NCBI GenBank assembly: GCA_963744625.1
Contig: CAVUUK010000007.1
Coordinates: forward strand, 310,338 to 374,337
DNA: 64,000 nucleotides
Source: an uncultured Acidobacteriaceae bacterium
GTDB lineage: Bacteria > Acidobacteriota > Terriglobia > Terriglobales > Acidobacteriaceae
Direction: 5' to 3'
This document shows, in pieces, positions 9,880 through 19,525 of the stretch. Each line of letters opens with the position of its first letter. Position 1 is the first letter of the stretch. Position numbers and translations under genes: made by a program. The notes beneath the pieces were generated by a model. The model did not search any database and was not told the origin of the DNA. It saw nothing but the letters and a program-made list of their open reading frames with translations.

Positions 9880-10227
9880 CTACGTATTTTCCCGATCGCC
9901 GTGTGAAGGCGGTTGTGAAATTACGAGGAAATGAACTTCTTTATCCGCGTGATTTTGCAATTGGTGCGAACTCCCCGCTGGAATCCAAATCCCTTCTCCA
10001 GTAGTCAGCACCACTCGTCGCCCATCCACTTCCATAATCGCCTGACCCGCCAGCACATAGAAGAACTGCTGCGCACGACGATGGAAATGACGACCCTCTG
10101 CCGAGCCCGCCGGCATGCGTTCCTCAATCACGCTGAGCTGCCGATTCTTTACCAGGTGCCAACCGTCGCAGTCCTGTCCCCAGATGTAATGCTCCGCGGT
10201 TGATGTGCTGATTTTGCTGACGTTCAT
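9880..10227 (-). CDS. cupin domain protein
   Basis: 115 aa. EGRHFHRRAQQFFYVLAGQAIMEVDG...IPAGSSHQLQN matches the two-motif cupin_2 pattern. Confidence 0.7.
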   Translation of the reverse strand: MNVSKISTSTAEHYIWGQDCDGWHLVKNRQLSVIEERMPAGSAEGRHFHRRAQQFFYVLAGQAIMEVDGRRVVLTTGEGIWIPAGSSHQLQNHADKEVHFLVISQPPSHGDRENT

Positions 10228-10277
10228 ACTGGACGCTACTGGACCTCGTCAAGCCTCGACAGCCTGCACCTCTGCCC

Positions 10278-11168
10278 CTACGTGGTCACCGTTGTCGGCT
10301 TCAGTCCCAATTCCTTCATCACCATCTGCAAATCCTTCCACGCCTCGCCCTTCTGCCGCGGATCGCGCAACAAAAATGCCGGATGGTAAGTCACCGCCAG
10401 CTTGCATCCATCCCACTCCGGATCGTTACTCCGGACGCCCGCCGGTTTGAAATCATAAAAGCGCCCGCGCAACTGGATCATCGACGAGCTCATCGCCAGC
10501 AAAGTCTTAGCCGCCGTCGCCCCAAGCGCCACGATCACCTTCGGCTTCACCACTGCGATCTGCCGCATCAGAAACGGAGAACACGTCTCGCACTCCTCGC
10601 GCTCCGGCGTGCGATTCCCCGGCGGACGGCACTTCACGATATTCGCAATGTAAACTTCCTCCCGCTTCAGCCCCATCGCCTTGATCATGTTGTTAAGCAG
10701 TTGCCCTGCGCGTCCCACAAACGGCTCCCCCTGCGCATCTTCATCGGCGCCCGGCCCCTCGCCCACAAACATCAATTCTGCCTTTGGATTCCCCACTCCA
10801 AACACAATCTGCTTCCGTCCTTGCTCGTGCAGCACGCACCGCGTGCAATCGCCCAGGTCTTCGCGGATAATCTTCAGCGCCTTCGCCGGGTCACTCATCC
10901 TGTGCTCCGGCTTCGCCGCACTCACCTCAAAAATATTCTCTTCAACAATTCGAGGAACCGCGGCCGCCGTGGCCTTCCGTGGACTCATTTCTTCTCCTGG
11001 GTTGAATGTCTGCTGCAAGACAGCCGTATCTTGGCTCGTTATCGGCTCCGCAACAACGACATCGTTTGTCGACGGATGCCGGTAAAAATCGTAAATCCCC
11101 ATTTCGTTGTAATAACGAATCCGCGCCGCTAGCGCGCGTCGAACTTCAGGATCAAGAGTGCGGGGCAT
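10278..11168 (-). CDS. uracil-DNA glycosylase, family 4
   Basis: [23 protein letters not shown] (family 4 motif A), Cys ligands CTRC / C..C, and a [10 protein letters not shown] motif B. It has a ~120-aa N-terminal extension. ATG 11168 (MPRTLDPEV) is preferred over the start at 11222. Confidence 0.85.
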   Translation of the reverse strand: MPRTLDPEVRRALAARIRYYNEMGIYDFYRHPSTNDVVVAEPITSQDTAVLQQTFNPGEEMSPRKATAAAVPRIVEENIFEVSAAKPEHRMSDPAKALKIIREDLGDCTRCVLHEQGRKQIVFGVGNPKAELMFVGEGPGADEDAQGEPFVGRAGQLLNNMIKAMGLKREEVYIANIVKCRPPGNRTPEREECETCSPFLMRQIAVVKPKVIVALGATAAKTLLAMSSSMIQLRGRFYDFKPAGVRSNDPEWDGCKLAVTYHPAFLLRDPRQKGEAWKDLQMVMKELGLKPTTVTT

Positions 11169-11273
11169 TGCGGATAAGAATAACAACTTTCGCCGGCTCA
11201 GATACAACAGACCTGGACACAAACGAAAAAAATCGCCTGTCTCAATAACTCCATGTCTCAGTGGTGAACAGTT

Positions 11274-12491
11274 TTACGAGGATGGCACAACACTTCGCTT
11301 GCGCAGTTTCACCACCTGATCCAGCACGCGGTGCGCAACTTCCCACTTTGAGGTCTCGGGAACCTCAACCACTTCGCTCTGCGAAATAATCGTGACCGCA
11401 TTCCGGTTCGAATCAAATCCAATTCCCTCGCGCGAAACGTCATTCACCACGATCGCGTCCAACGCTTTCCATGCGAGCTTCTTGCGCGCATTCTCCAGCA
11501 CGTTTTCGGTTTCGGCCGCAAAGCCCACCACAACCTGCGAAGTCTTCCGCCGCGCGACTTCACTAAGAATATCCGCTGTCGGCTCGAGTTCGAGCGTCGT
11601 CGCGCCCTTGCGCTTGATCTTCTGTGCCGAGGCCGTCTTCGGCCGGAAGTCCGCTACCGCCGCGGTCTTGATCACTACGGTACTTTCGGGCAGCAGTCTC
11701 AGCACAGCATCGCGCATCTCGTCCGCTGTTTCGACGCGTGTCAACTCTGCTGCTCCTGGAGCTGCAATCGCCGTTGGTCCACTTACGAGCAATACCCGAG
11801 CTCCGCGCCGCAAAGCCGCCTCCGCAATAGCGTATCCCATACGACCGCTCGACCGGTTCGTCAAATACCGCACAGGATCGATCTTCTCCCGCGTCGGCCC
11901 CGCCGTAACCAGCACCGTTTCGCCCGCCAGATCCTGTGCCGCTCCCGATGCTTCCATCACCGCCGCTACAATCGCTTCGTTCTCCGCCAGCCGCCCGGCG
12001 CCTGTCATCCCGCAAGCTAGATATCCTTCGCCCGGCTCAACAATGCGCACACCGCGCTGCCGCAGGATCTCGACATTCCCCCGCGTCGCCGCGTGATTCC
12101 ACATGTTCACATTCATCGCCGGAGCCACAACCACAGGAGCGGTGGTCGCAAGATAAAGAGTAGTCAAAAAGTCGCTCGCAATCCCCTGCGCAAATCGGGC
12201 CAGCACATCCGCCGTCGCCGGAACGACCACCAGCGCATCGATCGCCTGCGCCACCGCAATATGCTCAATCGCCGACTCGACATTCGCCGGGGCGTCACCC
12301 GACTCAGTTGCAAACAAGTCCGTAATGACTTTTTCGCCCGACAGCGCCGCAAAGGTCAGGGGACGAACAAATTCTTGCGCCGCGCGCGTCATCACGACCT
12401 GCACGCGAATGCCGCGATCCTGCAGAAGGCGCACGATCTCCGCCGCCTTATATGCTGCAATCCCACCGGATACGCCCAGCACAATTTTCAT
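11274..12491 (-). CDS. coaBC: bifunctional phosphopantothenoylcysteine decarboxylase / phosphopantothenate-cysteine ligase
   Basis: MKIVLGVSGGIAAYKAAEIVRLL flavoprotein N-domain. The C-terminal CoaB domain carries VTAGPTREKIDPVRYLTNRSSGRMG. The start at 12512 is TTG, so ATG 12491 is preferred. Confidence 0.9.
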   Translation of the reverse strand: MKIVLGVSGGIAAYKAAEIVRLLQDRGIRVQVVMTRAAQEFVRPLTFAALSGEKVITDLFATESGDAPANVESAIEHIAVAQAIDALVVVPATADVLARFAQGIASDFLTTLYLATTAPVVVAPAMNVNMWNHAATRGNVEILRQRGVRIVEPGEGYLACGMTGAGRLAENEAIVAAVMEASGAAQDLAGETVLVTAGPTREKIDPVRYLTNRSSGRMGYAIAEAALRRGARVLLVSGPTAIAAPGAAELTRVETADEMRDAVLRLLPESTVVIKTAAVADFRPKTASAQKIKRKGATTLELEPTADILSEVARRKTSQVVVGFAAETENVLENARKKLAWKALDAIVVNDVSREGIGFDSNRNAVTIISQSEVVEVPETSKWEVAHRVLDQVVKLRKRSVVPSS

Positions 12492-12646
12492 AGGAGGAAA
12501 GCGCCGGCCCAAGCTTCAACATCCGGCCACGCGCCTATAGAATTGATGCCGCCGCTAGCCGCTAGATTCACTCCCGCGCGCAGACGACAAAGAATAAACC
12601 CGGCGTCCACCCGAGATGCCGTTTGTCCAGATCTACGCGTTTTCGT

Positions 12647-12886
12647 CTACGCGTCTTCCGCGAACACCTTATTCAGCGTCTCGCTCGCGGCCACAACTGG
12701 CAATTTCGGAACCTCCGGAATCAGCCATTTCACTTTGCCCGCTTTGATTTCATCCTGCGCGATGCGGCAGGGTTTGCGCGATCCAGTATCGATCACCGGA
12801 GGCGCTCCGCCCTGCAGCTGCCGCGCTCGCCGTGCTGCCACCAGAATGTAGCGATAGTTGCTGTCGAACCCTTCAATCAGCTTCAT
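12647..12886 (-). CDS. rpoZ: DNA-directed RNA polymerase subunit omega
   Basis: 79 aa: MKLIEGFDSNYRYILVAARRARQLQGG. It lies downstream of gmk, the conserved gmk-rpoZ arrangement. Confidence 0.85.
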   Translation of the reverse strand: MKLIEGFDSNYRYILVAARRARQLQGGAPPVIDTGSRKPCRIAQDEIKAGKVKWLIPEVPKLPVVAASETLNKVFAEDA

Positions 12887-12913
12887 AGCCTCTCCCGAAA
12901 ACTCACGCGCGTT

Positions 12914-13603
12914 TTACTCCGCTTTCACAACCTGGGGATGAAACGACGCTAGAATCGGTTGCACCCGCTCCCGCGCCTGTTCTAGCTGGCATGACTCTGC
13001 GGTCTTCACCAGCCGTCGTTCTTCTTCGGAAAGTTGCGCCCTGCTTTTCACTAACCGCTCCGCCAGCACGATGCTCTTCAGCTGCTCTGCGGATTGATCG
13101 AGCAGGTTGTTAACTAAAATGTAGTCGTATTTCGAGTAATTCTCAATCTCTCGTCGGGCCGTGTCCAACCGGCGACGGATCACTTCCTCCGAATCCGAGC
13201 CCCGGTTCCGCAACCGGCTCTCCAGAGTCTGCCAGTCGGGCGGAAGTATAAAAATACTCACCGCCTCCGGAATCTTGCGCTGGATCTGCTCCGCTCCCTG
13301 CACATCGATATCCAGCAGCAGATCGTTGCCATGCGCCTCCGCCTCGCGTAAAAACCTCCGCGCCGTCCCGTAATAGTTTCCGAAGACGTCCGCGTACTCC
13401 AGAAACTCGTCGGCATCAATCATCGCCTTAAACTCTTCCCGCGAGACGAAGAAATATTCTTTGCGGTTCTGCTCGGTTCGCCTCGCCGGCCGGGTCGTGT
13501 ACGAGATCGAAAAATCCAGATTACGAACCATCTTCAGCAGTTCGGCCACCAGCGTCGATTTACCTGAACCCGAGGGCGCGGAAACTATATAAACAATGCT
13601 CAT
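12914..13603 (-). CDS. gmk: guanylate kinase
   Basis: P-loop SAPSGSGKSTLV, then YTTRPARRTEQNRKEYFFVSREEF. The ATG overlaps the yicC stop by 4 nt (ATGA). Confidence 0.92.
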   Translation of the reverse strand: MSIVYIVSAPSGSGKSTLVAELLKMVRNLDFSISYTTRPARRTEQNRKEYFFVSREEFKAMIDADEFLEYADVFGNYYGTARRFLREAEAHGNDLLLDIDVQGAEQIQRKIPEAVSIFILPPDWQTLESRLRNRGSDSEEVIRRRLDTARREIENYSKYDYILVNNLLDQSAEQLKSIVLAERLVKSRAQLSEEERRLVKTAESCQLEQARERVQPILASFHPQVVKAE

Positions 13604-14496
13604 TCCAGATTCTGTACCTGCTCCCGTGATTTTTCGATCTCCGACTTCATCAGCAATCCCATCTCGGTAATCTTCAACGCCTCGCCCGCCAGCCCTGACG
13701 TCTTCGACAACAGCGTGTTCGCTTCCCGATTCATCTCCTGCAGTAGGAAGTCCATCTTCTTTCCCACCTCGCCCCCCTGCTCCAGCAATCCGAGAAAATG
13801 TTTTACGTGAGCATTCAGCCGCACTAGTTCTTCCTGAATGTCACTCCGGTCCACCAGCACCGCGACCTCCTGCAGCACCCGCTCTTTCTCTACTTGCGCG
13901 CCCAGCAATTCCATCATGCGCGACTGCAGCCGCTCCGAGTAGCTCCGCAGAATCATGCTGCGATGCGCCTCTACCCCCGCCGCCGCTTTTTCCAGACTCA
14001 TCATCCGGACGCGCAACTCGGTGCTGATGCTCCGTCCTTCTTCTTCGCGCATCTCGTTTAGCCGTGCCAGCGCGTCTTCTACCCGCGCCATCACCGCCGC
14101 GTCGAGTTCCTCTCCCGACTTCTCCCCTCCCGAATCCATCGCACCAGGCATCCGCAGCACTACATTCAGATCGGGTTCGCCCTCAACTCCAAATTCGTCA
14201 GCCGCCGCGCGGAACGCCTGTATATACCCCGCAATCAGCTGCCGGTTGATCGCAATCCCGTTTGGCCCCGAGCGATCCAGATTCACGATCACCTCCACAT
14301 GCCCGCGCGCCATTTTCTCCTTCAGAACCCGTCGCAGCCTCATCTCCAGCGCGTCGCTGTCCGCGGGCAGACGGAAATGAATATCCAGAAAGCGATGATT
14401 CACCGATTTCAGTGACAGAGAAAACGCCAGCTGAGTGTTAACCTGCCCTCTCACCTGCGCGAATCCCGTCATCGATCGAAGTGCCATAAAGTTCAT
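13600..14496 (-). CDS. yicC: YicC family stress-induced protein
   Basis: N-terminus M(NFM)ALRSMTGFAQ and SVNHRFLDI. C-terminal LLQEMNREANTLLSKT...EIEKSREQVQNLE (DUF1732-like). ATG 14487 is an equally good start. Confidence 0.85.
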   Translation of the reverse strand: MNFMALRSMTGFAQVRGQVNTQLAFSLSLKSVNHRFLDIHFRLPADSDALEMRLRRVLKEKMARGHVEVIVNLDRSGPNGIAINRQLIAGYIQAFRAAADEFGVEGEPDLNVVLRMPGAMDSGGEKSGEELDAAVMARVEDALARLNEMREEEGRSISTELRVRMMSLEKAAAGVEAHRSMILRSYSERLQSRMMELLGAQVEKERVLQEVAVLVDRSDIQEELVRLNAHVKHFLGLLEQGGEVGKKMDFLLQEMNREANTLLSKTSGLAGEALKITEMGLLMKSEIEKSREQVQNLE

Positions 14497-14555
14497 CTCG
14501 AAGCGCCGCTCGGCAAAGCCGCCTTCGGGGAGCCGGCAAGCCGCGGCAACAATCC

Positions 14556-16451
14556 CTAAATCACAGCCTTCGGTGCATCCGCCTCCGCAAACTGCAATTC
14601 GTACAAGCGTCGATACGTCCCCAGCTTCTGCATCAGTTCCTCGTGCGCGCCAATGTCGCTGATCGTTCCATTCTCCAGCACTACGATCCGATTCGCCCGC
14701 CGAATGGTTGACAGCCGATGCGCAATCACAAACACAGTACGCCCACTCATTAGATTTTGCAGTGCCGATTGCACCAGTGATTCCGATTCGCTGTCCAGCG
14801 CCGACGTCGCCTCATCCAGAATCAGAATCGGAGCGTTCTTCAAAATCGCCCGCGCAATCGCGATCCGCTGCCGCTCCCCACCCGAAAGCCTCACCCCGCG
14901 CTCCCCAATCATCGTGTTATATCCCTCGGGAAGCCCGCGAATAAACTCTTGTGCTCGCGCAGCCCGCGCCGCTTCTTCCACCTTCTTCTGCGACACATGC
15001 GGCTGCCCGTACGCAATGTTGTTCCTCACCGTGTCGTTGAACAGCACCGTATCTTGCGTCACAATTCCGATCTGCGACCGCAGCGACTCCACCGTGACGT
15101 CCCGCACATCGTTGCCGTCAATCAGAATGCGCCCGCCGCTTACGTCGAAAAATCTCGGAATCAGATGCACCAGCGTGCTTTTGCCCGCCCCGCTCGATCC
15201 CACCACCGCCAGCACTTCGCCCGCTGTCACTTCCAGATTGATCCCGTGCAGCACAACTGGCGAGTCCTGCGCGTTCTCATAGGAAAACGACACGTCTTCA
15301 AACCGTATCGTTCGCGTAAATTTTCCCAGCCGCTTTGCGCCCGGCTTCTCCCGAACTTCGTCTTCCATGTCCATGAAGTGGAAAATTTCTGACGACGCGC
15401 CTGCTGCCTGCTGAAAATTGTTGTTGAAGAGCGCGAACTTGCGCACTGGATCGTATAACTTGAACACTGCGACGATAAAAGCTAGAAATGTTCCCGCCGT
15501 GAATACGTGATGGTTGATCTGATTGCGTCCCATCAGCAGCAGCAGCGCAATCGCGACCGACCCGAGAATGTCCATCAGAGGAGAGCTGATCGCAAACGCC
15601 GCCACTACACGGAGGTTCGCACGGAACAGCCGTCGCGCGGCGGCGCGAAAACGCTCCATCTCCCATCTTTCCATGCCAAAGGCTTTGACAATGCGGTTGC
15701 CGGTAATCGTCTCGTGCAGAATGTTCTGGATTTCGGCGAGTTTGTCCTGCCCGCCCCGTGTTGTGGTTCGTACGCGTCGACCGGTTTTTATCGACGAATA
15801 CAAGATCGCGGGCACAAACAGCAGCAGCACCCACGCCAGCTTTCCGCCGAGATGAACCACCAGCGCTGCAATAAACACAAATGTAAAAAACTGCTGCAGG
15901 AATTCCGACAGCACGCTGGACATCGCGAATTGCACCTTTTCGACGTCGCTGACGATCGTCGAAACCAAAGTGCCCGTTGTGTGCTTCACGAAAAACGCCG
16001 CCGAACTCCGCATGATGGCGTTATACAGATCGTCGCGCAGGTCCGTGATCATCCCAAAACCCGCGTAGTTTACTAGGAAAGTTCCGACGTAGTCGAAGAT
16101 CCCCTTCAATACCGTTGCTGCCACCAGGGCGAAGGCCACCATCGTCCATGGGTTGTGAAAGTGGGATGGCACCAGCTGTTGAAGGTTCAGAAAGCGCTCG
16201 CTGCCTGGCAGCCTGAAGAGCGGAATGGTTTTTTCTTGCGAAGCGGGATTCAAGACGTTATCGAAAATCGGGCCGATCAGCAAAACCCGCCCTGCATCTA
16301 GCAAGCCGACAAGAGCCATCAGCGTGACCGACGCCAGGACTTGCCACCAGTACGGCAAGACATATCTCAACAGGCGTGCAACCGGACGCGGCGGACCGAC
16401 CTTCGCCACTGTTCCCTCATTTTTCGCGCCTGCAGCGACAGAAGTTGCCAT
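14556..16451 (-). CDS. ABC transporter, fused permease/ATPase (MsbA-like lipid exporter type)
   Basis: Six-helix TMD followed by an NBD: Walker A GSSGAGKST, signature LSGGERQR, Walker B ILILDEATSALD. ATG 16451 (MATSVAAG) avoids overlap with rapZ. The 16601 start is rejected. Confidence 0.85.
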   Translation of the reverse strand: MATSVAAGAKNEGTVAKVGPPRPVARLLRYVLPYWWQVLASVTLMALVGLLDAGRVLLIGPIFDNVLNPASQEKTIPLFRLPGSERFLNLQQLVPSHFHNPWTMVAFALVAATVLKGIFDYVGTFLVNYAGFGMITDLRDDLYNAIMRSSAAFFVKHTTGTLVSTIVSDVEKVQFAMSSVLSEFLQQFFTFVFIAALVVHLGGKLAWVLLLFVPAILYSSIKTGRRVRTTTRGGQDKLAEIQNILHETITGNRIVKAFGMERWEMERFRAAARRLFRANLRVVAAFAISSPLMDILGSVAIALLLLMGRNQINHHVFTAGTFLAFIVAVFKLYDPVRKFALFNNNFQQAAGASSEIFHFMDMEDEVREKPGAKRLGKFTRTIRFEDVSFSYENAQDSPVVLHGINLEVTAGEVLAVVGSSGAGKSTLVHLIPRFFDVSGGRILIDGNDVRDVTVESLRSQIGIVTQDTVLFNDTVRNNIAYGQPHVSQKKVEEAARAARAQEFIRGLPEGYNTMIGERGVRLSGGERQRIAIARAILKNAPILILDEATSALDSESESLVQSALQNLMSGRTVFVIAHRLSTIRRANRIVVLENGTISDIGAHEELMQKLGTYRRLYELQFAEADAPKAVI

Positions 16452-16575
16452 GCGTGTAGAACTCGATTCTACATGTGAATTCCTGCGGAGACGCAGCCTG
16501 CCGCATCTCTTGCCACCGAGTGAGTCGGCACGATCTTCATCTCGAAACGGTGCCGCAAAGACATCAGCCGGATAT

Positions 16576-17505
16576 CTATTTCGGACTGTCCCGGTGCACA
16601 ACTTTTACCTTGAATCCAGCCCTTCGCAGCCGCTTGCTTACCTCCTCGGCGATCATCACCGACCGGTGCTGCCCGCCCGTACATCCAAAGCTGATCGTCA
16701 GGTAGCTCTTGCCCTCGCGAATGTAATGCGGCAGCAGATACACCAGCAGGTCCGAAATGCGATTGATGAACTCTTCCGTCTGCGGAAACGATCGTATGTA
16801 CTTGGCCACCCGCGGATCTCTTCCCGTCAGCGCGCGAAACTCCGGCACAAAATGAGGATTCGGCAGAAAACGCACGTCGAATACCAGGTCCGCGTCGTCC
16901 GGCACGCCGTGCTTATAGCCAAAGCTCACGCACGACACCAGTATCGTCTGCTGGCTTCCCGAGTGTTGCTTGAAGCGGTCGGTCAGATGCGCCCGCAACT
17001 CGTGCACGTTGAACTTGGAAGTGTCGATCACCAGATCGGCAATCTTGCGAATCGTCCGCAAGTGCCGCCGCTCGGCTCCGAGCGAGGCTCGTACCGTGGT
17101 TCCTGTTCCCAACGGATGCGGCCGCCGCGTCTCGCTAAAGCGCCGCAACAGCGCGGCATCGCTCGCTTCCAGGTAAATCACCTTTGTCGGGATCGTCCGC
17201 TTTACCGACTTCAAAATCGCCGGCAGCTTCTCCAGTTGAGCACCTTCCCGTACATCCACCACCAGCGCCGTCCGCGGAATCTCTCCCGATTGCAGCGCCA
17301 GCTCGGCAAAGCGCGGAATCAGCTCCACCGGCAGATTGTCCACGCAGTAGTACCCGAGGTCTTCAAACGCCTTCAGCGCCGAAGCCTTCCCCGACCCGCT
17401 CATGCCGGTAATAATCACCAGCTCCGACGCGCGCGGCTCGCCCTTCCGCACACGCCCGGGTTTGACCGCCTGCGCGACCTTCCTCAGTTTGCGGCGGATT
17501 GGCAT
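16576..17505 (-). CDS. rapZ: RNase adapter protein RapZ (YhbJ family P-loop NTPase)
   Basis: VIITGMSGSGKASALKAFEDLGYYCVDNLP near the N-terminus. C-terminal ISFGCTGGQHRSV motif. 309 aa. Confidence 0.9.
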   Translation of the reverse strand: MPIRRKLRKVAQAVKPGRVRKGEPRASELVIITGMSGSGKASALKAFEDLGYYCVDNLPVELIPRFAELALQSGEIPRTALVVDVREGAQLEKLPAILKSVKRTIPTKVIYLEASDAALLRRFSETRRPHPLGTGTTVRASLGAERRHLRTIRKIADLVIDTSKFNVHELRAHLTDRFKQHSGSQQTILVSCVSFGYKHGVPDDADLVFDVRFLPNPHFVPEFRALTGRDPRVAKYIRSFPQTEEFINRISDLLVYLLPHYIREGKSYLTISFGCTGGQHRSVMIAEEVSKRLRRAGFKVKVVHRDSPK

Positions 17506-17635
17506 TCCGCAAATCTTAGCATTACAGACAAAATCAAAGCGCCCAAGGTCAAGTCCCTTACTCTGAACCCACTCTCAAACTGAAAGCTGCGAGCGAACGC
17601 CCGCTACCTCGCCCGCAGCCCGTCCCCAACCCACT

Positions 17636-19066
17636 TCACAGCGAACGCAGAAAGTTCAGCAGATCCTGCACCTGTGACGCACTGAGCGCTTTAAAGTTCC
17701 GCACCACTCCGTCCGCCTCCGAGCCGCAATTCTGCCGCCCCTGACAGTTGCCCGAATCCGCATGTTCCTTGATCGCCTGCAATAGGTCTGAGGTCCGTCC
17801 GTCATGCAGGAAAAACAACCGCTGACCGATTCCCCACAACGGAGCAGTCCGGAACTGGTCCGGCCCCGCGGCGCCCTGCGTGACACCGTCCGCCAGCCCC
17901 GAGCCCATGCGATGGAGCGCGAAATCCGAGTAAGGATGATAAGTAACTCCACCCATGCCGGTATAAGGCGAAGTTCCCGTGGTGAGCGAAGGCGAGTGGC
18001 ACAACGCGCATCCAATGCTGCCGAAAAGATTCCCGCCGTTAGTTGTCGATGCCGTGCCTGGGGCCGGCGTCGGTGGTGCCGAAAGCCGTACGAACACCGC
18101 GAAATTCACGATGTCAGACGACATCTCCGAGGCAGTTCCGATCGTCGTATTGTAATTCGGACTATCCGAGTTGGCATTCAGCATATTGCTCGCATCCTCC
18201 GGCGTCCCATTAAAGACGCACCCCGGCACCGCCCCGCGCTCATTCGGGAACAGTTCCGTCGAAACGCCCTGCTCCACGTTGTAAGCTTCCCCGGCGAACA
18301 TCAGCACTGACTTGTTCTGCGCCTTCCAGCCAAATCGTGTGATCGTGCCATCGTTGGCGCTGGTATTGAAAGTCCCTCCAATCCCCAGCCGCAATCGCGC
18401 CGCTTGCGTCGCTGCCAGATTCGCCTGCAGCGTCGCGTCCGGAGTGTTCTCCACCAGCCCCAACCCAAACAGCGCCGTCGGAATACGGAAGATTACGTTG
18501 TTCTCCGCCAACTCATGCGCGAAATTCGGCTGCGCAAGCGTGCACCCCGGCGCATCCGTCCGCCCCGCTATCGTATACAGATCATGCACCCCGCCATCCG
18601 GCGATCCATTAGCATTGCGTATAAAACGCGCCTCCCGCACCGGCCCGTTTGCCGCAATAAATGACGGAACCGCGTTGGTGGCGCCGTCCAGTGTCGCCAG
18701 CGCCACCTGAGGATTCGGAACCGGACTCTGTGGACTCATCAATCCCGGACTCGCCCCACCAATCGCCGGCTGCGCGTGGCACATGGTGCAGCTGTTTCCA
18801 TTGAACGCCGGTCCCAGCCCGCTTCCTTTCTCAATAGTTCCTGACACCGAGTCGACCTCCTGAAACCGCAAAAATGCCTGGCTGAAAAAAGCCTGCTCAT
18901 TGCTGTTTAGCGTGGGATACGGCCCGCCTGCCGCCGCCGGACCCGGCCGTGGTCCCGGATCCTGCTGCGCCCACACTCCCACTGAAATCCAAACGGCAAA
19001 GAGCAACACTGCACCCTTCGCATTCGATTTGTTCATTGTGAACACTCCTTGGCTGGCCAGACACAC
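17636..19066 (-). CDS. di-haem cytochrome c oxidoreductase, DUF1111 family, exported
   Basis: Two CxxCH motifs (CTMCHAQ, CALCHSP) and a signal-like N-terminus. Length and spacing fit DUF1111 thiol-oxidoreductase-like proteins. ATG 19036 is an alternative start. Confidence 0.75.
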   Translation of the reverse strand: MCLASQGVFTMNKSNAKGAVLLFAVWISVGVWAQQDPGPRPGPAAAGGPYPTLNSNEQAFFSQAFLRFQEVDSVSGTIEKGSGLGPAFNGNSCTMCHAQPAIGGASPGLMSPQSPVPNPQVALATLDGATNAVPSFIAANGPVREARFIRNANGSPDGGVHDLYTIAGRTDAPGCTLAQPNFAHELAENNVIFRIPTALFGLGLVENTPDATLQANLAATQAARLRLGIGGTFNTSANDGTITRFGWKAQNKSVLMFAGEAYNVEQGVSTELFPNERGAVPGCVFNGTPEDASNMLNANSDSPNYNTTIGTASEMSSDIVNFAVFVRLSAPPTPAPGTASTTNGGNLFGSIGCALCHSPSLTTGTSPYTGMGGVTYHPYSDFALHRMGSGLADGVTQGAAGPDQFRTAPLWGIGQRLFFLHDGRTSDLLQAIKEHADSGNCQGRQNCGSEADGVVRNFKALSASQVQDLLNFLRSL

Positions 19067-19237
19067 TTCGGCTTACGCCGTTTTTTCCAAGACGATGGCG
19101 ACCCGCTAAACCACTCGATCGAGCACGGTGCCTCCGGCGTTTGCCGTAGCCGTCCGTTCAATCGAGCACAGTTGCGCCTGGGACTCAGAAACCCGAGGTT
19201 GGAAGCCCTCCGCGAGAATCACGGAGATTTATGAAAT

Positions 19238-19272
19238 GTGATCACGCAGCACGATTAAGACTCGTGATCACG
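19238..19272. promoter_or_regulatory. two copies of palindrome-containing GTGATCACG, candidate operator
   Basis: GTGATCACG at 19238-19246 and 19264-19272 (26-bp spacing). They lie inside a 460-bp, visibly AT-richer divergent intergenic region. Confidence 0.3.
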
Positions 19273-19525
19273 AATATTGATGGCAATCTACTTTTGAACC
19301 GCAGCCCGGTCAATGTGTCCTTAGTGCATCGCGCACCAAGCAAGTGGACACGCAAGTGCATTGCTCAGAAATCCCAAAACCTAATGTCCAGTTTCCTGCA
19401 TAAGCCATGGCTAGAAATTCACCGAAATGCCTGTGTGCGATTGGGAGAGCTCGAGAGATTGAGAACAAAAAGCCGGAATCTCCATCCCGCTCTCTCATTG
19501 ACTTGCCCTTCCACCCACCCCTAAC

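Noticed and set aside
16225-17583. 452-aa ORF on the plus strand
   Set aside because: It is entirely antisense to rapZ and the 5' end of the ABC exporter, both of which have clear P-loop/family motifs. Its translation is Arg/His/Pro/Gln-rich low-complexity sequence typical of shadow ORFs in GC-rich DNA.
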